DNA of 64,000 bases from positions 4,736,001-4,800,000 of the forward strand of contig CATQHZ020000001.1 of NCBI GenBank assembly GCA_958296135.2, in the 5' to 3' direction. Within the stretch, counting starts at the first letter, position 1, and the number at the start of each line of letters is the position of its first letter. The notes under the pieces were generated by a model. That model had not been told where the DNA came from and made no database searches. It saw only the letters and a program-made list of their open reading frames with translations. Both the position numbers and the translations under genes were made by a program. This DNA comes from an uncultured Poribacteria bacterium (GTDB lineage Bacteria; Poribacteria; WGA-4E; WGA-3G). This document shows, piece by piece, positions 59,601-64,000 of this stretch.

Positions 59601-60359
59601 TTCTGAAGGATCATCAGCACCTGAGGCAGGCGCAGGCGTGGTTGCAATGCTAACATCATCAGCATGAGCAAACCCAGCAGCTCCAGTCCCGAGGGGCTCG
59701 GAAAACTCAAACTCTAACTGAAAGATATCGTCAACACCCATGCCACCAGTAACGCTAATCGCCGACGCAGTACCTCCCGTGTTTGCTCCTCCGGTTATTG
59801 TTACCGTCGGTTTCAGCGTATCAAGGCTATCGTAAGCAATCGTCGCCACCACGCCAGTAGCGTCATACGTGTTAGTAGGAGCGGCATCTTCTTCAAACTC
59901 TACGCTGCCAGTAACAAAGGCTCTAAGACCAATGATGAGATTGCCCTTCTCATTGGTGGGAACTGCTACAGTCACTGTAAACGTCGTTCCTAATCCCGCT
60001 GTCGGCGTGCTATCCGTTTTCGCGAGCTCAGAACTTGTAGGCCGACGACTCTCACTGCTACCGTCTTCCTTATTAAAAGTGACTATAATATCTTCGACAC
60101 CAAATCCATCCACAGTAGTAACAGCAGCAGTCTCACCTGCCTTAGTCTCACCTGCCACCTTCACTGCTGCAGTGAAGGTGATTGTGGCTACAACATTGCC
60201 GCTCATAGCGGTCGCCCCCGCCGCGGGCGTTGTCTGTACTACCGTCGGTGTGCCTCCCAGGGCGGCATGCACGTCCACCACTGGAGCCGCGAGGAAGGTA
60301 ATTCCTGCGATCAGCAGTAAGACAAAGAAACTCGGTAAGGAAAGTAATTTCCTTTCCAT
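56601..60359 (-). CDS. Large secreted surface protein with Ig-like domains, three lamin-tail domains and a C-terminal sorting-like region
   Basis: Signal peptide; LTD motifs 'LVISELMW..QWIEIYN', 'VVFNEV..DWLELYNP', 'VVISEIMF..QWIELYNP', each ending GTPG; 'PLPVQLSSF...W.TESELDNAGFN'; ends KATTTWGALKYRE. Confidence 0.85.
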   Translation of the reverse strand: MERKLLSLPSFFVLLLIAGITFLAAPVVDVHAALGGTPTVVQTTPAAGATAMSGNVVATITFTAAVKVAGETKAGETAAVTTVDGFGVEDIIVTFNKEDGSSESRRPTSSELAKTDSTPTAGLGTTFTVTVAVPTNEKGNLIIGLRAFVTGSVEFEEDAAPTNTYDATGVVATIAYDSLDTLKPTVTITGGANTGGTASAISVTGGMGVDDIFQLEFEFSEPLGTGAAGFAHADDVSIATTPAPASGADDPSEVVGSWAKPGAAAGTPTFIVVINPADGATKVTVGVKKDAVADVNGNKLDPAMTEDVTINPRPTVTINSTVTVPIDAMTLKFPVTFELSAEPGAGANDGLQATDITVTNGSLEEGSLSRDLTMPPTADVKAIYTAMVVLPDAADRKSPVTVTVKADGVMSAGLGNAAISKPFTVTVTTVPVTTTPTGIGTSLPTGRKGFSVQVTVPANDWTVLAKSPNDSGITGLTPVDVADEAWVDLSDFLATGSGGAIDLKFTGANVKDLVISELMWGNDASKNPSTNSQWIEIYNTTASAITGMLTVEFTDGGNGATMLAVPADKAGPATTTAAPVVDKLTNWGLGENYWQVSDVAGGAYGQGGRTEATVVVSARQLVSMERKINYVDVAKVHDANDAAKNRNKQLGAVPDGARSGSWQASKAPRRNMSGLRLGTPGTSAVVQITKTSISKSVVFNEVANRSSEKDDWLELYNPGSADVKINGWVLSKVTGVGNDKDVELFTFESDENIMVPAKGFLMVVNEDPSETSLSAGENVDNPSSNANGLPTQFYIDSGLNIPKENYLLVLRTEKKLGSDEKIVDIAGHIGNLNLSDDARGTKVWPLKVWEAIQTNDLNESNGNTWVRDKGKNLDHADAWKHDGGVTGLGIDRAATTMNSGTPGYDNGAVKDKVKDLTASDPVVISEIMFGTGNGRVPQWIELYNPSKTQAVKLNGWRLNVRNVSDASEDLNVKFDYELRLPDVRIQPNQTVLVVSASGDSNDDKRFPRDRIISIWSTRSLRDTAEMTSRRDAVLSTIGFYISLSDPDKVMVDEVGNLDDKRNAAPNWPLKGGNLEEGGRSSMVRVSGTEGDGTEDDAWRSAVNTNGGEVGVETLYYGDEDDIGTPGYTPGGPLPVQLSSFYSKRNDAGAVVITWATESELDNAGFNILRGASRTGEFTKINSQLIPGAGTTGEKNTYTWTDTSAKPNVLYFYQIEDVSLDGDRQTLRTTRLYGHVGAAGKATTTWGALKYRE

Positions 60360-60915
60360 TTAATTTACCTCCGTAAAGAGTATAAAAACTAGAATTAATC
60401 ATTATTATTGGGTTCAGCCGGCTTCTAACGCGTGAGCTCGGTGTCGCCCAATAATCCTCAGGGATTTAGAAGATTCGCTCATGTCGGCTTTCGCCGTGTT
60501 GAGGTTTCTTCATCGTCAACTAGAGAGCCAATCTCTCTAGCGTCATCTAACAAAGTTCTCCAATTCTCCGTATTGCGGTTGCGCTCAGTCGATTGCAACC
60601 TACGGGGTCTTGGGTATATGGTTTTTCGGGTTTAGTCTTGCGCGTTCGTGTGTCCGTTGCTTACGATTTATGCGTAGCCGTTGACACGGGTTAGTTCCGC
60701 GCGGTCTGCCCTATTTGGGCGGTCCAGTTGCGGCGATTTTATGCGCGATGCCAAACCTTAGACACATTCTCTACAATCTCTAAAACGTGAGTTGTGAAAA
60801 ATCGGTTACAAAAAAACACACAAAAAATGTGGATTTCCGATTTTCTGCTCGATTTCAGAGGTTGGGTGGATTTTGCGCGTCAATCCTCTCGCGTTTTCCA
60901 CCGTAATTATGGTTA

Positions 60916-61402
60916 ATTATACCACAAAAGTGGGTAGATGTCAAATTTTTTTAGAAAAAATCTGCATCGTTAGTTAATGTATCACATTTTGCGGTTTTTT
61001 GTCAACAATTTTCCGTTGGGCGGGAGTTCGTATTCAGGACAGATTGCTATAGTTGTCCGTTGCTCGCGCGTGCCGGCATGGAAAACTGATACGTTAATTA
61101 TACCTAGAAAACGGTTTGATGTCAAATTTTTTTAGAAAAAATCCACATCATTTAAGATTGTATCACAATTTAAGTGATTTTATCAAGCAAATTCATCAAA
61201 AAAAGTGATATGGAGTCAAAAATCCGTTAGATTTCCCTTAAAAAGTTGTCATCGTCGCCTATTTTCGCATTTTTTACAATTTTTGTCAAGAAAAAAAGCG
61301 AAAAAAGCGAAAAAAGATGCGAGGGTCATTTTTCCAAGAAAGTGTATCATGAAAAAAGCCATCATCATTTATGATTCTATCATTTTCCCGCGTTTTCGTC
61401 AA
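60916..61402 (-). promoter_or_regulatory. Array of about five tandem sigma70 promoters, including a duplicated block
   Basis: TTGACA-17-TATAAT at 60944-60916 and 61125-61097; TTGACA-18-TACATT (about 61005); TTGATA-18-TACAAT (61186-61157); TTGACG-17-TAGAAT (61402-61374). Confidence 0.75.
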
Positions 61403-61439
61403 GAAAAAAATTGTGTGGCGCGGATACGTTCAAAAACCG

Positions 61440-61662
61440 CCCCTAACGCAAGAAACGGCCCCTTGAACCGTAGCGCGAGGGCCCGGCGATCGCTAATCGC
61501 CGAGGGTTCCCCTCGCGATCCCCCGACCGTCTCAAAAACGTCAATTAAACCACAGCGCAAAAGCCCATCCCTCGCAGCCCCTTCGATAGACCTAGCATGG
61601 CGGAGGAAACCCTCGGCGATTAGCGATCGCCGGGCCCCCGCCCTACGGACTAAGGGGCCCTT
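61440..61662. repeat. REPIN (REP-A plus REP-B, both carrying cassette ii)
   Basis: GGCCCCTTGAACC-GTAG...CTAC-GGACTAAGGGGCC inverted ends. Confidence 0.8.
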
Positions 61663-61669
61663 GCGCTCA

Positions 61670-62035
61670 TTACGAACTCTCAACACCGTTCGGCGGCGGC
61701 TCGTCAAACGGTTCACCCTTCTCAGCCGCAGCGATGCGCCGTTCATACCACGCGTTAGCGGCCGCCTGTTCCTCCTGCAGCTGCGCGACAACACCGGGGT
61801 CTGTCCCATTAGGCATCGGTTCGTCAAACGGCGCGCCAATTTGCTCAGCGTGGAGACGGCGTTTGTTCCAAGCCTGCAGCGCCTCGCGTTCTTCCTGTAA
61901 CCGCGCAATGGTCTCGGCAGCACGGCGGTTCTCTTCAGCAGCCGTGCGTATCGCCGCTTCCGCAGCAAGTCGGCCTTCGCGCTCCTCGCGAATCCTACCA
62001 TCGCGCCATTCACGATACCGGTCATGAAGCATCAT
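61670..62035 (-). CDS. Small charged protein with duplicated WxxRR...GxPFDEPxP motif
   Basis: AAGGAG RBS; homologous to the C-half of 52812-53309. Confidence 0.7.
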   Translation of the reverse strand: MMLHDRYREWRDGRIREEREGRLAAEAAIRTAAEENRRAAETIARLQEEREALQAWNKRRLHAEQIGAPFDEPMPNGTDPGVVAQLQEEQAAANAWYERRIAAAEKGEPFDEPPPNGVESS

Positions 62036-62051
62036 CAGAAACACTCCTTAG

Positions 62052-62670
62052 CCCGTAGCGCGAGGGCCTGTCCCTCGCGATCGTTCATCGAAACGAAAAC
62101 GGCCCCCTTCCACCATCGCGCGAGGGCCGTTACGGTCACGTCTACAGTTGTCCCTCGCGAGCGTTCATCGAAACGAAAACGGCCCCCTTCCACCGTCGCG
62201 CAAGAGCCTCTCCCGCGCCGCCCATCGATAGACCTAGCATGGCGGAGGACAGGCCCCCGCCCTACGGACTTAGGGGGCCCCTTGAACCGTAGCGCGAGGG
62301 CCTGTCCCTCGCGATCGCTAGACCGAAACAAAAACGCACCGCCTACCGGCGCGCAAGAGCCTGTCCCGCGCGAGCCCCTTGATAGACCTAGCACGGCGGG
62401 GGACAGGCCCCCGCCCTACGGACTTAGGGGTCCCTTCGCACCGTAGCGCGAGGGCCCGGCGAGCGCGAATCGCCGAGGGGAACCCTCGCGAGCGTTCATC
62501 GAAACGAAAACGGCCCCCTTCCACCGTCGCGCAAGAGCCTCTCCCGCGCCGCCCATCGATAGACCTAGCATGGCGGAGGACAGGCCCCCGCCCTACGGAC
62601 TAAGGGGCCCTTAAACCGTAGCGCGAGGGCCCGGCGAGCGCGAATCGCCGAGGGGAACCCTCGCGAGCAC
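62052..62670. repeat. REP/REPIN cluster
   Basis: Alternating REP-A and REP-B (GGCGGAGGACAGGCCCCCGCCCTAC) units with duplicated spacers. Confidence 0.85.
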
Positions 62671-62768
62671 TCGATCCAAACAAATTTGTGTTACAGTTTA
62701 CGTTATTTGCGGCGAAAAATCAAGGGACATTCGCACCGGCACGGAACAAAACGGGCCTGCTAGCGCGC

Positions 62769-63233
62769 CTATCCCCCAACTTCCTGTAGCCATGTGTATG
62801 GATTTTCGACGCGCACGCGAAGATGCTCGTGGGACCGTTTCGCCCTCTTAAGCAATCCATCGTCCGTTGTGAGCAAGACATCCGCGCCGCCGCTCTCTGC
62901 ACACGCAATATGCAAGGCATCAAACCACGGGAATCCTAGCCATTCCAGTTGGACGGCCCGGGCGGTTTCCATCTCACCAACGCGAACCGTTTGATGCGCC
63001 GTATTCAGTTTGGTATTGATGGTATTACGCTGTGTCACATTAGGATTCTGGGCAACTTCATTTGCCAAAGCATCACTCACAATCCAATGTAAGTGCCCCG
63101 TGGAGAAATAAGCATTGAGTCGCTGAAATGCCTCGGTCTCTTGGCGCACCCGATCTTGCGTCTGATCGTCAAAGGGCCGCCCCAAGCAGCACGTATCCAG
63201 ATAGATGTTCTGGTGGTGGAACTGACTTTGCAC
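62769..63233 (-). CDS. PIN-domain (VapC-like) toxin
   Basis: 'IYLDTCCLGRPFDD', 'DALHIACAE', 'LLTTDD', 'VENP'. Confidence 0.88.
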   Translation of the reverse strand: MQSQFHHQNIYLDTCCLGRPFDDQTQDRVRQETEAFQRLNAYFSTGHLHWIVSDALANEVAQNPNVTQRNTINTKLNTAHQTVRVGEMETARAVQLEWLGFPWFDALHIACAESGGADVLLTTDDGLLKRAKRSHEHLRVRVENPYTWLQEVGG

Positions 63234-63241
63234 GAGTCTGC

Positions 63242-63826
63242 CTATTCCTTTCCGCTGCGCTGCTTCGCCTTGCGTGCCTCAAAAATTTGCGCGAGGAATT
63301 CTTCCTTACTGATCTGACTCAGCCATTTGCGCCGTTCTAAGGTGTAGTTGCCGGTGCCCGGGGTGCACAGCAGAGACAACCGAAACAGGCCCGGGAGCCC
63401 CAGTTCTTTTGAAACCGCATCAAGCCCGAGTTGATGCACCTCACAATCTGTCAACTGACTAATGTCTTTCGGAGGTTCATTGACAGCGCGGCTTGCATGG
63501 CATTCGCGCAAGGAATCCACTGAATCCCTCTTTTCGTCGCTCGTGCAGGAAGCATGTTCCACGACATCAACCCCCTCTTGCAGGGGGTTTCCGCCTTGCA
63601 CCGTCGGTAACAACTGTTCGCGTTGACAAAGGGAAGCCTGCATCCCACGCATCAGCGTTGCCTTCTCCAACTCATCTACCCATTCACGGCGTTTCGCCGC
63701 CTTGTCGCCCATACCGGCTTTAGCAAACGCCAGAAACCGCTTTAGCCCAAAGGGGCCTAAGGTCTCCAAAAGTGTATCAAGTATCAGTTGATACCACTCC
63801 GGATCTGTCATTTCAAGTCTATTCAT
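63242..63826 (-). CDS. Putative antitoxin of the PIN toxin with an internally duplicated domain
   Basis: Two copies of L..LG..GL.R...G.G(D/N)...R..W; directly upstream of the PIN gene; GGAGGT RBS. Confidence 0.65.
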   Translation of the reverse strand: MNRLEMTDPEWYQLILDTLLETLGPFGLKRFLAFAKAGMGDKAAKRREWVDELEKATLMRGMQASLCQREQLLPTVQGGNPLQEGVDVVEHASCTSDEKRDSVDSLRECHASRAVNEPPKDISQLTDCEVHQLGLDAVSKELGLPGLFRLSLLCTPGTGNYTLERRKWLSQISKEEFLAQIFEARKAKQRSGKE

Positions 63827-63926
63827 CCTCAATTACCTCCTATTAATTATTTTACTTTAAGTTGCCACCGAATGTCAAACAGCCGAAAGCGTGGGGCCAC
63901 GGGCAGGGAGAGGCCGGTTTTCTTCA

Positions 63927-64000
63927 CCGTAGGGCGGAGGCCGTTACGCCTTCAGTCTGTCATCTCCGCCGGTTTTCCTGCAGACATGTCCACTGTCCCT
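63927..64000. repeat. Diverged REP with cassette i (truncated at window end)
   Basis: GTAGGGCGGAGGCC-GTTACGCC...TGTCATCT...GCAGACATGTCCAC-TGTCCCT. Confidence 0.7.

Noticed and set aside
61205-61900. 231-aa plus-strand ORF
   Set aside because: Runs through an AT-rich promoter array and a REPIN and is antisense to 61670-62035; no coding features.
1-64000. tRNA, rRNA, prophage or integron integrase
   Set aside because: None recognised by inspection; tRNAscan/Infernal were not run.

Overview
Bacterial genomic window, moderately GC-rich with AT-rich promoter regions. The gene content suggests Candidatus Poribacteria or a related sponge-symbiont lineage: a lamin-tail surface protein ending in 'KATTTWGALK', a BMC-type flavoprotein and many TPR/coiled-coil proteins. 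This taxonomy is inferred and was not searched. Left part (1-12 kb): envelope genes, including a giant acidic lipoprotein/outer-membrane-like protein followed by exbB-exbD-exbD. Middle (12-45 kb): housekeeping genes (gltB, ggt, lpdA, pfkB-type kinase, ahcY, metK, rpsA with a 72-bp VNTR extension, acnA), a partner-switching module (3 STAS, RsbW, REC-PP2C, REC, PAS kinase, USP), a cyclase-STAND-TPR protein, an M20 amidohydrolase and a TonB-like-anchored vWA protein. Right part (45-64 kb): accessory region with a tnpA-less IS607-like TnpB element precisely splitting a PD-(D/E)xK gene at a GG core, a RAYT transposase inside large mosaic REP/REPIN fields, TA-like pairs, and a lamin-tail protein behind about five tandem sigma70 promoters. 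The most unusual signal is the GTAG-REP system. REP hairpins carry nested interchangeable loop cassettes, sit in-frame inside several intact genes, supply stop codons, adjoin local tandem amplifications, and bracket most accessory genes like cassettes. No rRNA, tRNA or CRISPR array was recognised.
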